Assembly (NCBI GenBank): GCA_044372085.1
Contig: JBILSM010000004.1
Span: 3,833 to 67,832 of the forward strand
From: Rubrivivax sp.
Lineage (GTDB): Bacteria; Pseudomonadota; Gammaproteobacteria; Burkholderiales; Burkholderiaceae_C
Direction: 5' to 3'
DNA length: 64,000 bases
Shown here: positions 19,548 through 29,167 of the stretch, piece by piece
How positions within the stretch are numbered: position 1 is the stretch's first letter
Layout: each line of letters starts with the position of its first letter
The notes under the pieces: model-generated
The model's database searches: none
Told to the model about the DNA's origin: nothing
The model's input: only the letters and a program-made list of their open reading frames with translations
Made by a program: the position numbers and the translations under genes

Positions 19548-20354
19548 ATGAGCAACTTCGTCGACTTCCGCAACGTCTGGCTCGCCTACAACGACGAGCT
19601 CCTGGCCCAAGGTCACTTCGCTGTCGAGGACATCTCGCTGCAGGTGACCGAGGGCGAGTTCATCGCCATCGTCGGGCCTTCGGGTTGCGGCAAGTCGACC
19701 TTCATGAAGCTCACCACCGGCCTGAAGATGCCCAGCCGGGGCACCATCCACATCGGGGGCGAGCCGGTCACCGGCCCGCTGAAAATCAGCGGCATGGCCT
19801 TCCAGGCGCCCAGCCTGCTGCCCTGGCGCACCACCGTGGACAACGTGCTGCTGCCGCTGGAGATCGTGGAGCCCTACCGCTCCACGTTCAAGGCCCGTCG
19901 CAAAGAGTACGAGGCCAAGGCACGCGATCTGCTCAAGAGCGTGGGCCTGGGCGGCTACGAGGACAAGTTCCCCTGGCAGCTCTCGGGCGGCATGCAGCAG
20001 CGCGCCAGCATCTGCCGCGCGCTGGTCCACGAGCCCAAGATGCTGCTGCTGGACGAGCCCTTCGGCGCCCTGGACGCCTTCACGCGCGAGGAACTGTGGT
20101 GCGCCCTGCGCGACCTGCACGCGGCGCAGAAGTTCAACGTCATCCTGGTCACGCACGACCTGCGCGAGAGCGTGTTCCTGGCCGACACGGTGTACGTGAT
20201 GAGCCGCAGCCCTGGCCGCTTCGTGGTCAAGCGCGACATCGACCTGCCACGCCCGCGAGACCTGGAAGTGACCTACACACCGCAGTTCACAGACATCGTG
20301 CACGAGCTGCGCGGCCACATTGGCGCTTTCCGCCAGCCCGTGGGAACCCCATGA
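19548..20354 (+). CDS. ABC transporter ATP-binding protein (TauB/NitT type)
   Basis: GPSGCGKST, LSGGMQQR, LLLDEPFGALD, VTHD. Confidence 0.95.
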   Translation: MSNFVDFRNVWLAYNDELLAQGHFAVEDISLQVTEGEFIAIVGPSGCGKSTFMKLTTGLKMPSRGTIHIGGEPVTGPLKISGMAFQAPSLLPWRTTVDNVLLPLEIVEPYRSTFKARRKEYEAKARDLLKSVGLGGYEDKFPWQLSGGMQQRASICRALVHEPKMLLLDEPFGALDAFTREELWCALRDLHAAQKFNVILVTHDLRESVFLADTVYVMSRSPGRFVVKRDIDLPRPRDLEVTYTPQFTDIVHELRGHIGAFRQPVGTP

Positions 20355-21121
20355 AACTCTCCAAGACCCTGGAACGCTGGTCCCCCATGGTGCTGCTGGC
20401 CGCCATCCTGCTGGTATGGCAGGCGTGCGTCTGGCTGTTCAAGGTGCCGGACTTCATCTTCCCCGGCCCGGTGCAGATCGCCCTGGAATTCGTGGAGTTC
20501 AAGGGGCCGCTGCTGGAAGCCGCCTGGAAGACCTTCTGGGTGACGATGCTGGGTTTCGGCATCTCCATCGTGGTGGGGGTCCTGCTGGGCTTTCTGATCG
20601 GCTCTTCGCGCATCGCCTACACGGCGGTGTATCCGCTGATGGTGGCCTTCAACGCCGTGCCCAAGGCAGCGGTGGTGCCCATCCTGGTGGTGTGGTTCGG
20701 CATCGGCCTGGGCCCGGGCATCCTGACGGCCTTCCTCATTTCCTTCTTTCCCATCACGGTGAACATCGCCACCGGCCTGGCCACTCTGGAGCCGGAACTG
20801 GAAGACGTGCTGCGGGTGCTGGGCGCCAAGCGTTGGGACGTGCTGGTCAAGGTGGGCCTGCCGCGCTCGATGCCCTACTTTTACGGCTCGCTGAAGGTGG
20901 CCATCACCCTGGCGTTCGTCGGCACCGTGCTGGCCGAGATGACAGCTGGTGATTCCGGTATCGGCTACCTGATGCAGACCGCCGGTTCGCAGCAGCGCCT
21001 GCCCCTGGCCTTCGCAGGCCTGGTGGTCATCGGCGCCATGGCCATGGCCATGTACGAACTGTTCTCGTGGATCGAGATGCGCACCACCGGATGGGCGCAC
21101 CGCGGGTCGCAAGCGGCTTGA
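20351..21121 (+). CDS. ABC transporter permease (TauC/NitT type)
   Basis: Multiple TM helices, PKAAVVPILVVWFG, EAA-like loop; ATG overlaps the ATPase stop. Confidence 0.93.
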   Translation: MKLSKTLERWSPMVLLAAILLVWQACVWLFKVPDFIFPGPVQIALEFVEFKGPLLEAAWKTFWVTMLGFGISIVVGVLLGFLIGSSRIAYTAVYPLMVAFNAVPKAAVVPILVVWFGIGLGPGILTAFLISFFPITVNIATGLATLEPELEDVLRVLGAKRWDVLVKVGLPRSMPYFYGSLKVAITLAFVGTVLAEMTAGDSGIGYLMQTAGSQQRLPLAFAGLVVIGAMAMAMYELFSWIEMRTTGWAHRGSQAA

Positions 21122-22089
21122 ACGCGCCGGCAGAAGCCGTCGGCTGGCGCGGGCACCTGGCCCTGCGCTACTGGCGCGATGGCCAACGCACGGTGGCACT
21201 GGACCGCCACGAGGGTCCGCTGCGGGTGCTTCAGCGCCTGTACCCCGAGGGGGACACCATCTGCCACCACGTGCTGGTGCATCCGCCCGGCGGCGTGGCT
21301 GGCGGCGACAGCCTGCTGCTGGAAGCCGATCTGGCGCAGGGCACCCACGCGGTGATCACCACCCCTGGCGCCACCCGGTTCTACCGCAGCGGCGGGCGGC
21401 CGGCACTGCAACACTCCAGGCTGAAACTGGCGGGCGGCGCGCGCGCAGAATGGCTGCCGCTGGAGAACCTCGCTTTCTCCGGCTGCGAGGCCGAGAACCG
21501 GACCGAAGTGGAATTGGCCGCAGGGGCGGAGATGATGGGCTGGGACGTGCTGGCGCTGGGCCTGCCCGCCTCTGGCGCCGCTTTCGAGACCGGCTGCTTC
21601 ACGCAGCACCTGGCCTTGCACCTCTCGCATCGCTCGCAGCCGAACGACCCGCAGGAACTTCCTGGCGCGCAATCCACCGCCCGCTCTGCCTTCGCGCCCA
21701 ATACAGCACCTGACCCTTCTCTGAGCCGGAACCTGAACCATGCCCTGTGGCTGGAGCGCGGCCGGGTGGACGCGCTGGACCATCGGCTGCTGAACTCGCC
21801 GCTGGGCTGGGGCGGCCGGCGGGTGCTGGGCACCGCCTGGTGGGCTGCCGGGCAGCCCCTGGGCACGGATCGCCGACAGGCGCTGCTGGACGCTGCACGC
21901 GAGTGCCCGGAAGGGGCAGGCCTCGAAGGCTGGACAGGCGTCACCAGCCCGATGCCGCACGTGGTGGTGGCACGGGTGCTGGCGCCACGGGTAGAACCGG
22001 CGATGCAGTGGCTGTGCGCCGTGCGCGCCACCTGGCGCCGCACCGGCTGGGGCCTGGACGCCCACCCGCCCAGGGTCTGGCGTACCTGA
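21118..22089 (+). CDS. ureD: Urease accessory protein UreD (orphan; carries a ~38-aa insertion)
   Basis: WRGHLAL, HEGPLRVLQRLYPEG, HPPGGVAGGD, TTPGATRFYRS, EWLPLE, C-terminal PRVWRT; TTG start overlaps the permease stop. Confidence 0.9.
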   Translation: MNAPAEAVGWRGHLALRYWRDGQRTVALDRHEGPLRVLQRLYPEGDTICHHVLVHPPGGVAGGDSLLLEADLAQGTHAVITTPGATRFYRSGGRPALQHSRLKLAGGARAEWLPLENLAFSGCEAENRTEVELAAGAEMMGWDVLALGLPASGAAFETGCFTQHLALHLSHRSQPNDPQELPGAQSTARSAFAPNTAPDPSLSRNLNHALWLERGRVDALDHRLLNSPLGWGGRRVLGTAWWAAGQPLGTDRRQALLDAARECPEGAGLEGWTGVTSPMPHVVVARVLAPRVEPAMQWLCAVRATWRRTGWGLDAHPPRVWRT

Positions 22090-22183
22090 ACGCTGGGCGT
22101 GCTGGGCCTTTCGGGGGCGGCTCCAGACACCCTGTGAGGAGCCCTGCCGGGCTTGTGTCGGCACCGGGCCCGAACGGGGAGAG

Positions 22184-22239
22184 AAACCCGGTCCCTGACT
22201 TTCGATCCCTGAAACCCGACCCCCGAAACCCAACCCCTC
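22184..22239. repeat. Imperfect 7/14-bp tandem repeat (about 8 heptamers)
   Basis: aaacccg gtccctg actttcg atccctg aaacccg acccccg aaaccca acccctc. Confidence 0.65.
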
Positions 22240-22335
22240 ACGCACCGACTCTGAAGTGCGCTGCCTGAGCGCGCGCAGGGTCCAATCGTGTGAAGGCGAC
22301 TGCACCCGCGCGGCGCCGAGGGAGAATCCCGGTCG

Positions 22336-25300
22336 ATGTCCGAGCCCACTGTGCCAGAGCCCGCCCGACACGCGCCCTCCGGGACAGCGGCGGACGTACC
22401 GGCCCAGCCTGCGCCGCCCCCCGCACCACCGCCCTCCCCCGCAACGCCATCCCCTGTGCGCTGGACGCCTGCAGCGCGAGCGGGACTGCTGCTGCAGGCC
22501 TGGCAGCTGGTGCTGGTCACCGTGCTGGGGCTGCCTCTGGCCGGCCTGCTCGCGGTCTGGGCCGTGCTGCACAGCGAACGCGGCACCGCCTGGCTCCTGG
22601 CCGGCGTGCCGAACCTGCAGGTCACGGCACCACGAGGCGCCCTGCTGGGGACCGACTTCGCCGCGGAGAAGCTGAGCTTTCGGTGGGACCAGGGCCGCCA
22701 ATCGCTGGAGATCGAGGGCCTGCAATGGACAGGCGCGCAGTGGCGTTGGTGGCTTCGCGCGGGCACCTGGGTCGGCGTGCAGGCGGATCGCCTGGAGGCC
22801 CGGCGGGTGACCCTCAATACCGGACCCGCCACGGGCAAGCCTGCCGTGCTGCCAGGCTCGCTGGCCCTCCCGCTGGAGGCCCGCATCGAGCAGCTGCGTG
22901 TGGAACACCTGGTCGTCGACCAGCTTCCTGCCTGGCGCGACGTCACCGGCCGGTGGGCACTGGGGGCACAGCAGGGGGCGGTACACCGCGTGGACCAACT
23001 GAGCTTCCAGTGGGAGGAACTGCAGGTCAGCGGCGAAGCCTCCATCAACACGCGCAGCCCCTTCGCCGGCCAGGGCCAGTGGACCGTGAAGGGCACGGGC
23101 GCGGTGGCATGGGAGGGCGACCTCGCGGCCAGCGGACCGCTGCAGGCGCTGGACCTTCAGGCGCGCCTGCGCGCCCCGGCCCTGCCGTCCGGCCTCAAGC
23201 CCGCCGTGGACGCGACGGTGCAGCTCAAGCCCTTCGAAGCCTGGCCCCTGGGCACCTTGAACGTGATGCTGCAGGCTCTGGATCTGTCGCAGCTCAGCCG
23301 CCGCCTGCCCACCACCCACCTCACAGGCCGCGCCAGCGTCAAGAGCCAGGGGCTGACACAGCCGGTGCAGGCCGACATCCTGCTGGACAACGCGGCCGCA
23401 GGCGCCTGGGGCGAGGCCCGGCTGCCCGTGCGGCGCGCGCGGCTGGAGTTGCGCTCGCGGCTGGACACCCCCAGCACTGCCGAGATCCTTCACCTGGACC
23501 TGGACCTGGGCAGCGCCCAGCGCAGTGCCGGCCTGTGGCGCAGCACCGGCAACTGGACCGAGGCCGGCCTGCGCCTGCAGGGCGTGGCCACGGACATCAG
23601 GCCGCAGGGGCTCGACACCCGGGCACCCGGGATGGTCCTGTCCGGCCCGGTGCAGATCGGCATCCTGGGGGTGCCCGGGCCGCAAGGCGTCGCTCGGCGC
23701 GCAGCCGAAGCCAACGCCTGGTCAGTGGAGCTGCGGGGCAACCTCAGCGGCGCGCTGGAGGCCTTTGGGCAGCGCACCACCCTTACCCTGGACGGCGTGT
23801 TCGGGCCCCAGGGCCTGCAAGTGCGCACCCTGCAGGCGCAGGCCGGCGCCGCCAGCGCCGAACTCAGCGCAACCGTGTCCCCCGGCGCCGAGGGCGCCTG
23901 GCAGGTGCGAAGCGAAGGCCGCATCAACGACTTCGACCCCGTTCCCTGGGTGCCGGGCGACGCTGCCGCACCCTGGCGCAAAGGCCCGCACCGGCTGAAC
24001 GGGCAGTGGGCCTTGGAAGTGCTGCTGCCGCCGCGGCGCGCGGAAGCTTCCGCCGTGCAGTGGCTACAGACGCTGCGGGGCAGTGCGCAGGTGGACATCG
24101 GGGCGTCCCGGATCGCAGGCCTGGCGGCGTCAGGGCGTCTGCGGCTGGAGCAGGCGCCGGAGGCCGCCGCAGCCGGGCGCAGCCAGCTCATGGCAGAACT
24201 GCGCGTGGGGCGCAACGATGTCAGCCTCGTCGGCCGTGGCGACCCGGCGGGCGACGGTGAACAGGACCGATGGCAGTTGCAAGTGGCGGCCCCGGCCCTG
24301 GGCGAACTCAATGCCCTGGCCGCCCTGATGCCCGAATGGGCCGCCTGGTGGCCTGAGGCCGGGCGGGCGGACGCCCGCATCAGCGCCTCCGGACGATGGC
24401 CCGCCGTGGGTACGCAGGGGCAACTGAACATCGACGGGCTCAAGAGCCGCGCCTACGCCTTGGGGCGGGCCGAGGCCCGGTGGCAATGGACCGGCCGCGA
24501 GGCAGACCCCCTGGAACTGCGGGGCGATGTCCGCAACGCGTCCCTGGGCCCCAACCGCCTGGCCTACCTGCGTGGGGACCTGCGGGGCACCCTGCGCCAG
24601 CACAGCGCCAGCATCGACATCGCCCTGCCCCTTCTGCCCCCCGAGGCGTTGACCCGCGTGCTGGCCCTTCCTGAGGGCCCCGGCACCCAGGCGCGCCTGA
24701 ACCTGGAGGGCTCCTGGAGCGGCCAGACGAGCGGCGGCGGCCGCTGGAACGGCACGGTCAAGCGGCTGGAAGCCGGCGTCTGGTCAGGCCTCACAGAGCC
24801 CGCTGCGGCACCAGCTTCCGCCACAGGGACCGCTGCACCGGTCACCTCAGCCGCGGCGAACCCTTCGGCGCCGGAGAAGGCCTGGCTGGACGCGTCTGAC
24901 CTGCGCGGCGAGCTTCGCTTCGACGACGCCTGGCGCCTGCGCAGCCTGCGCCTGGACAGCGGACAGGCCGCCCTGGCCGCCGGGCTGCGCCTGAAGTGGG
25001 ACGAGGCGCGCTACGAGCTGCGCGACCCGACGCGCGCTGACCGGCCGGACTTCCAGTGGCAGGCCGACGTGCTGCCTTTCGCGCTGGCACCTTGGCTGCA
25101 GCGGGCACAGACTGGGCTGCAGTGGACCGGCGACCTGCGGCTGAGTGCGCGCATGGCCGTGCGGGCGGCCGAGCGCTTCGAGGCTGAAGTGAGCCTGAGG
25201 CGCCATGACGGAGACCTGCAGGTGGTGGAAGCCGGCCAGGCGCAACCCCTGGGCTTGAACACCGTGGACCTCAGTCTCACCGCCCGGGAGGGCCTGTGGA

Positions 25301-26742
25301 CGCTTTCCCCGCGGCTGGTGGGGCGCAGCGTGGGCGAGGTCTCGGGCAGTATGCAGTTGCGCACTTCTGCGCAGGCCCGCTGGCCGGACGAGCAGGCAGC
25401 GCTGTCGGGCATGGTGCAGGCCCGCGTGCCGAATCTGGGCGTGTGGTCGGGCTGGGTGCCGCCGGGCTGGCGCCTGCAGGGCGAGGTGGTGTCCACTGCC
25501 AGCCTGGGTGGACGTTTCGGTGCGCCGCAGCTCACGGGCGACCTGGTGGCGCAGCGGGTGAGCGTGCGCAACCTGCTGCAAGGGGTGGATTACCACGATG
25601 GCGAGCTGAAAGTGGCGCTGCAGGGCGACACCGCCCGTATCGAACGGCTGTCCCTGCGCGGCGGTGAAGGGCGCATCACCGGCGAAGGCGTGGGCGAGTT
25701 CGGGGCCAAGCCCTCAGCCCGCGTGCAGGTGCGCGCAGAGGGCTTCCGTGTGCTGGGACGGTTCGACCGTCAGCTGGTGGCCAGCGGTCAGGCGGTGCTG
25801 GCCCTGCAGCCCGAAGCGCTGAAACTCGATGGCCGGGTCCTGATCGACAGCGGCCTGTTCGATCTGGCGTCCCGCGACGCACCGACCCTGGACGACGACG
25901 TCGTGGTCCGTGGCGGGCGCAGCGTTCCTGAAGTGGCCGCGGCAGCCGAGCCCGCCATCCTGCCCCGTCTCATCAGACAGTCCAGCGTCAACCTGGATGT
26001 CGACCTGGGCCGCAAGCTGCGCCTGCGCGGGCGCGGGCTGGACACCGCCTTGCAAGGGGAGCTCAAGCTCACCACACCCTCAGGGAACCTGGCGGTGAAC
26101 GGCTCGGTACGCGCGCAAGGCGGCACCTATGCCGCCTACGGGCAGAAGCTGAACATCGAGCGCGGCATCGTGACCTTCAGCGGCCGGGTGGACACGCCGC
26201 GGCTGGACATCCTCGCCCTGCGGCCCAACACCGACATCCGTGTGGGCGTGGCCATCAGCGGCACGCCACAGTCTCCCCGCGCCCGTCTGGTCAGCGAACC
26301 GGAGATGGGCGAGACCGACAAACTGTCCTGGTTGCTCCTGGGGCGCGGTTCGGAAGGGCTGGGACGCACGGACACCGCAGTGCTGCAGCGCGCCGCGGTG
26401 GCCCTGCTGGCGGGCGAGGGAGAAGCGCCCACGGACTCCCTGCTGCGGGCCCTGGGCATCGACGACCTTTCGGTCGGGCAGACGGCAGGCACGACCTCCG
26501 GAACGAGCGCCGGCGAGGGTCGGGAGACCGTCATCCGCCTGGGCAAGCAGCTCAGCCGCAACTGGTACGCCGGCTACGAGCGCGGCGTCAACGCCACCGC
26601 CGGCACCTTCCAGCTCATCTACCGGGTGGCACAGCGCTTCACGCTGCGGGCCCAGAGCGGCCTGGAGAACTCCGTGGATCTCATCTGGACCTGGCGCTTC
26701 GACCAGTCACCGTTGACCGGCAAGCAGGGGACCTCACCGTGA
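22336..26742 (+). CDS. tamB: Translocation and assembly module TamB (DUF490)
   Basis: N-terminal TM anchor, long beta-taco repeats, C-terminal LRGRGLDT.L.G, GTYAAYGQKL.IERG, LSWLLLGR, LGKQLS, YRVAQRFTLRAQSG. Confidence 0.92.
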   Translation: MSEPTVPEPARHAPSGTAADVPAQPAPPPAPPPSPATPSPVRWTPAARAGLLLQAWQLVLVTVLGLPLAGLLAVWAVLHSERGTAWLLAGVPNLQVTAPRGALLGTDFAAEKLSFRWDQGRQSLEIEGLQWTGAQWRWWLRAGTWVGVQADRLEARRVTLNTGPATGKPAVLPGSLALPLEARIEQLRVEHLVVDQLPAWRDVTGRWALGAQQGAVHRVDQLSFQWEELQVSGEASINTRSPFAGQGQWTVKGTGAVAWEGDLAASGPLQALDLQARLRAPALPSGLKPAVDATVQLKPFEAWPLGTLNVMLQALDLSQLSRRLPTTHLTGRASVKSQGLTQPVQADILLDNAAAGAWGEARLPVRRARLELRSRLDTPSTAEILHLDLDLGSAQRSAGLWRSTGNWTEAGLRLQGVATDIRPQGLDTRAPGMVLSGPVQIGILGVPGPQGVARRAAEANAWSVELRGNLSGALEAFGQRTTLTLDGVFGPQGLQVRTLQAQAGAASAELSATVSPGAEGAWQVRSEGRINDFDPVPWVPGDAAAPWRKGPHRLNGQWALEVLLPPRRAEASAVQWLQTLRGSAQVDIGASRIAGLAASGRLRLEQAPEAAAAGRSQLMAELRVGRNDVSLVGRGDPAGDGEQDRWQLQVAAPALGELNALAALMPEWAAWWPEAGRADARISASGRWPAVGTQGQLNIDGLKSRAYALGRAEARWQWTGREADPLELRGDVRNASLGPNRLAYLRGDLRGTLRQHSASIDIALPLLPPEALTRVLALPEGPGTQARLNLEGSWSGQTSGGGRWNGTVKRLEAGVWSGLTEPAAAPASATGTAAPVTSAAANPSAPEKAWLDASDLRGELRFDDAWRLRSLRLDSGQAALAAGLRLKWDEARYELRDPTRADRPDFQWQADVLPFALAPWLQRAQTGLQWTGDLRLSARMAVRAAERFEAEVSLRRHDGDLQVVEAGQAQPLGLNTVDLSLTAREGLWTLSPRLVGRSVGEVSGSMQLRTSAQARWPDEQAALSGMVQARVPNLGVWSGWVPPGWRLQGEVVSTASLGGRFGAPQLTGDLVAQRVSVRNLLQGVDYHDGELKVALQGDTARIERLSLRGGEGRITGEGVGEFGAKPSARVQVRAEGFRVLGRFDRQLVASGQAVLALQPEALKLDGRVLIDSGLFDLASRDAPTLDDDVVVRGGRSVPEVAAAAEPAILPRLIRQSSVNLDVDLGRKLRLRGRGLDTALQGELKLTTPSGNLAVNGSVRAQGGTYAAYGQKLNIERGIVTFSGRVDTPRLDILALRPNTDIRVGVAISGTPQSPRARLVSEPEMGETDKLSWLLLGRGSEGLGRTDTAVLQRAAVALLAGEGEAPTDSLLRALGIDDLSVGQTAGTTSGTSAGEGRETVIRLGKQLSRNWYAGYERGVNATAGTFQLIYRVAQRFTLRAQSGLENSVDLIWTWRFDQSPLTGKQGTSP

Positions 26743-26815
26743 GCCGGTGATGCCGCGCTCTGCTCTCCTCTGCTCTGCCCTGGCCTTCCCTGCCCCGGCA
26801 CAGCCTTCTGTAGCC

Positions 26816-28000
26816 TCAGCCCTGCGCCCTGACCACCAGCCCCGCTGGCGCGATCCGGGTCACCGCTTCCACGCCGGCCAGCCCCATGACGCGGTCCAGC
26901 TCTCCGTCCAGCGTCTTGAGCACATGGGCCACGCCTTCCTGCCCCGCCACGGCCAGGCCCCACAGGTGGGGACGCCCGAGGAGCACGGCCGTGGCGCCCA
27001 GGCCCAGGGCCTTGAAGACGTCGCCACCGCGGCGCACGCCGCCGTCCAGCAGCACGGGAATGCGCCCGTCCACCGCCTGCACCACGCCCGGCAAGGCGCG
27101 CAGGCTGGGCAGGGCGCCGTCCAGCTGCCGCCCACCGTGGTTGGAGACGATCACCCCGTCCACGCCCGCCTGCACCGCGCGCCGCGCGTCATCGGGGTGC
27201 AGCAGACCCTTGATGAGCAAGGGGCCGTCCCACTGCCGGCGCACGACCGCGATGTCGTCCCAGTTCATGGCCGGGTCGAGCATGGAGGCCATGCGTCCGG
27301 CCAGGCCGGCCACCGACTCGCGGGAGTTCTCGCGCACATAGTTGCCGAAGGTGATGCGGCTGAGTTCGCCGCGCATGCGCCACCACCAGGGGAACTTGCC
27401 GGCAAAGGCCAACCACTGCCGCGGGCCGAAGCGCGGCGGGATGGAAAAGCCGTTGACCAGGTCGCGCTCGCGCTTGCCCAGCAGCTGGTTGTCCACCGTC
27501 ACCACCACGGCGCCGTACCGGGCCTTGCGCGCCCGGTCCACCAGCTCGCGGGTGAAGGCGCGGTCTTTGTAGATGAAGACCTGCATCCAGCGCTGTGCGG
27601 CGTGGCCCGCGCCTTGCGTTTGGTCCAGCGCCTGGGCCAGGGCCTCCAGCGTGCACACCGAGCCGTGGCTCAGGCAGTAGACCGTGCCGCGCGCCACCGC
27701 GGCCTGCGCCGTCGCGATCTCGCCCTGGGGCCAGAACAAGCCGGCCAGGCCCGTAGGGCCCACCAGCACGGGCGAGGCCAGGCGCTGACCGAAGAGCGTG
27801 AGCGACAGGTCACGCTGCGACGCGCCCTCCAGCGGCCGCGGCAGCACCGCCCAGTCGTCGAAGCTGGCCTCGTTGGCGCGCAGCGTCCACTCGTCCTCGG
27901 CCGCACCGTCGATGAAGTCGAACAGCGGCTTGGGCAGGGCCTGCTGCGCCAGCGTGCGCAGCGCCGCCACGCTGTGGGCGGCTTTCAGGCTGGGCATCAC
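26816..28000 (-). CDS. FMN-dependent alpha-hydroxy acid oxidase/dehydrogenase (LldD/MdlB family)
   Basis: FDFIDGAAEDE, VTVD, RERD, IKG, VSNHGGRQLD, DGGVRRG.D, LGRP. Confidence 0.93.
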   Translation of the reverse strand: MMPSLKAAHSVAALRTLAQQALPKPLFDFIDGAAEDEWTLRANEASFDDWAVLPRPLEGASQRDLSLTLFGQRLASPVLVGPTGLAGLFWPQGEIATAQAAVARGTVYCLSHGSVCTLEALAQALDQTQGAGHAAQRWMQVFIYKDRAFTRELVDRARKARYGAVVVTVDNQLLGKRERDLVNGFSIPPRFGPRQWLAFAGKFPWWWRMRGELSRITFGNYVRENSRESVAGLAGRMASMLDPAMNWDDIAVVRRQWDGPLLIKGLLHPDDARRAVQAGVDGVIVSNHGGRQLDGALPSLRALPGVVQAVDGRIPVLLDGGVRRGGDVFKALGLGATAVLLGRPHLWGLAVAGQEGVAHVLKTLDGELDRVMGLAGVEAVTRIAPAGLVVRAQG

Positions 28001-28647
28001 TTGAGGAAGGATGGCCGCGTGGCCCCGTTGCGTACCGCCGCATCAGCCGCCGCTTCGGCCGTGCGAATGGCCGGCAGCCGCTCCAGCACCTCGGCCAGGC
28101 GCTCCTGAGGCACCACCACCACGCCGTCCAGATCGGCCACCACCACGTCGCCACTGCACACGCGCAGGCCCGCGACCTGGACGGGAAAGCCCACCGTGCC
28201 CGGGCCGCTGCGGTTGGGTGAATTTGGCGTCACGCCCATGGCCCAGGCCGGCAGGCCCACCTGGCGGATGCCCACCAGGTCACGCACGCAGCCGTCGGTG
28301 ACGAACCCCACCGCCCCACTGTTGCGCGCCATGCCCAGCACCAGGTCTCCCGTGATGGCGCAGGCCGTGTGGCCGTCGGTGGCCGCGACGATGACATCAC
28401 CCGGCTGCACCGACCCCAGCGCGTGGATCAGGGCGAGGTTGTCCGCCGGGCCGGCGTGGCAGGTGACGGCCACGCCGCAGAACGCGTACTGCTCGGCGAT
28501 GGCGGGCTTGAGCCGATAGTCCAGCGCGCCGCTGCCGCCCAAGGCATCGACGATGAAGCCGGTGGGCGTTCCGCGCAGTTGCTCCACCGCGGCAGCCTCA
28601 GGGCGCTGCGCGGGAGCGGTGCGGATGGGAGGCAGGTCTTCGATCAT
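27997..28647 (-). CDS. RraA-like / HMG-CHA aldolase family protein
   Basis: DALGGSGAL, GPADNLA, GDVIV, GDLV, TDGCVRD, GDVVVADLDGVVVVP. Confidence 0.9.
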   Translation of the reverse strand: MIEDLPPIRTAPAQRPEAAAVEQLRGTPTGFIVDALGGSGALDYRLKPAIAEQYAFCGVAVTCHAGPADNLALIHALGSVQPGDVIVAATDGHTACAITGDLVLGMARNSGAVGFVTDGCVRDLVGIRQVGLPAWAMGVTPNSPNRSGPGTVGFPVQVAGLRVCSGDVVVADLDGVVVVPQERLAEVLERLPAIRTAEAAADAAVRNGATRPSFLK

Positions 28648-28729
28648 GGGTTTTCCTGTGTCGACGGCGGGTGCCGGTGTTTGGGATGATGAGCCTTGTT
28701 CAACCCTTTATCACTTGCAGGAGTTCAAC

Positions 28730-29023
28730 ATGCCCAAGGCCTACTGGATCAGCGCCTACCGCCAGATTCACAACCCCGACGCGCTGGCGGCCTATGCCAA
28801 GCTGGCCGGCCCGGCCATTGCAGCGGCGGGTGGGCGCTTTCTGGCGCGCGGCATGCCGGCGCTGGTGCATGAGGCCGGCCTGATGCAGCGCACCGTGCTG
28901 GTGGAATTCGACAACCTGACCACGGCGCAGGCCGCCTACGACAGCCCGATGTACCAGGAGGCGCTGGCCGCGCTGGGCACGGGCAACGTGGAACGCGAGA
29001 TCCGCATCATCGGGGGGGTGTGA
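28730..29023 (+). CDS. DUF1330 family protein
   Basis: MPKAYWI...Y...AGGRFLARG...EAG...RTVLVEF...AYDSP.YQEAL; SD GGAG upstream. Confidence 0.88.
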   Translation: MPKAYWISAYRQIHNPDALAAYAKLAGPAIAAAGGRFLARGMPALVHEAGLMQRTVLVEFDNLTTAQAAYDSPMYQEALAALGTGNVEREIRIIGGV

Positions 29024-29167
29024 CCGGCCAGGGTGCAACAAGCGAGAGTTCCTTGACCTGGACTCTAGGGCCTGGGCGCCAGGCTCTCCAACCCGTGTAA
29101 ACCCCGCCGGAGAACAGCCGCCCCGCGTGGCAACCTCAGTGATGCTCAACCGAGAGAGAACCGCCCC

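Noticed and set aside
26747-26815. Pentamer-like pyrimidine-rich run (ctctg/ccctg) between tamB and the hydroxy-acid oxidase
   Set aside because: Short, degenerate low-complexity spacer between convergent genes with no further structure.
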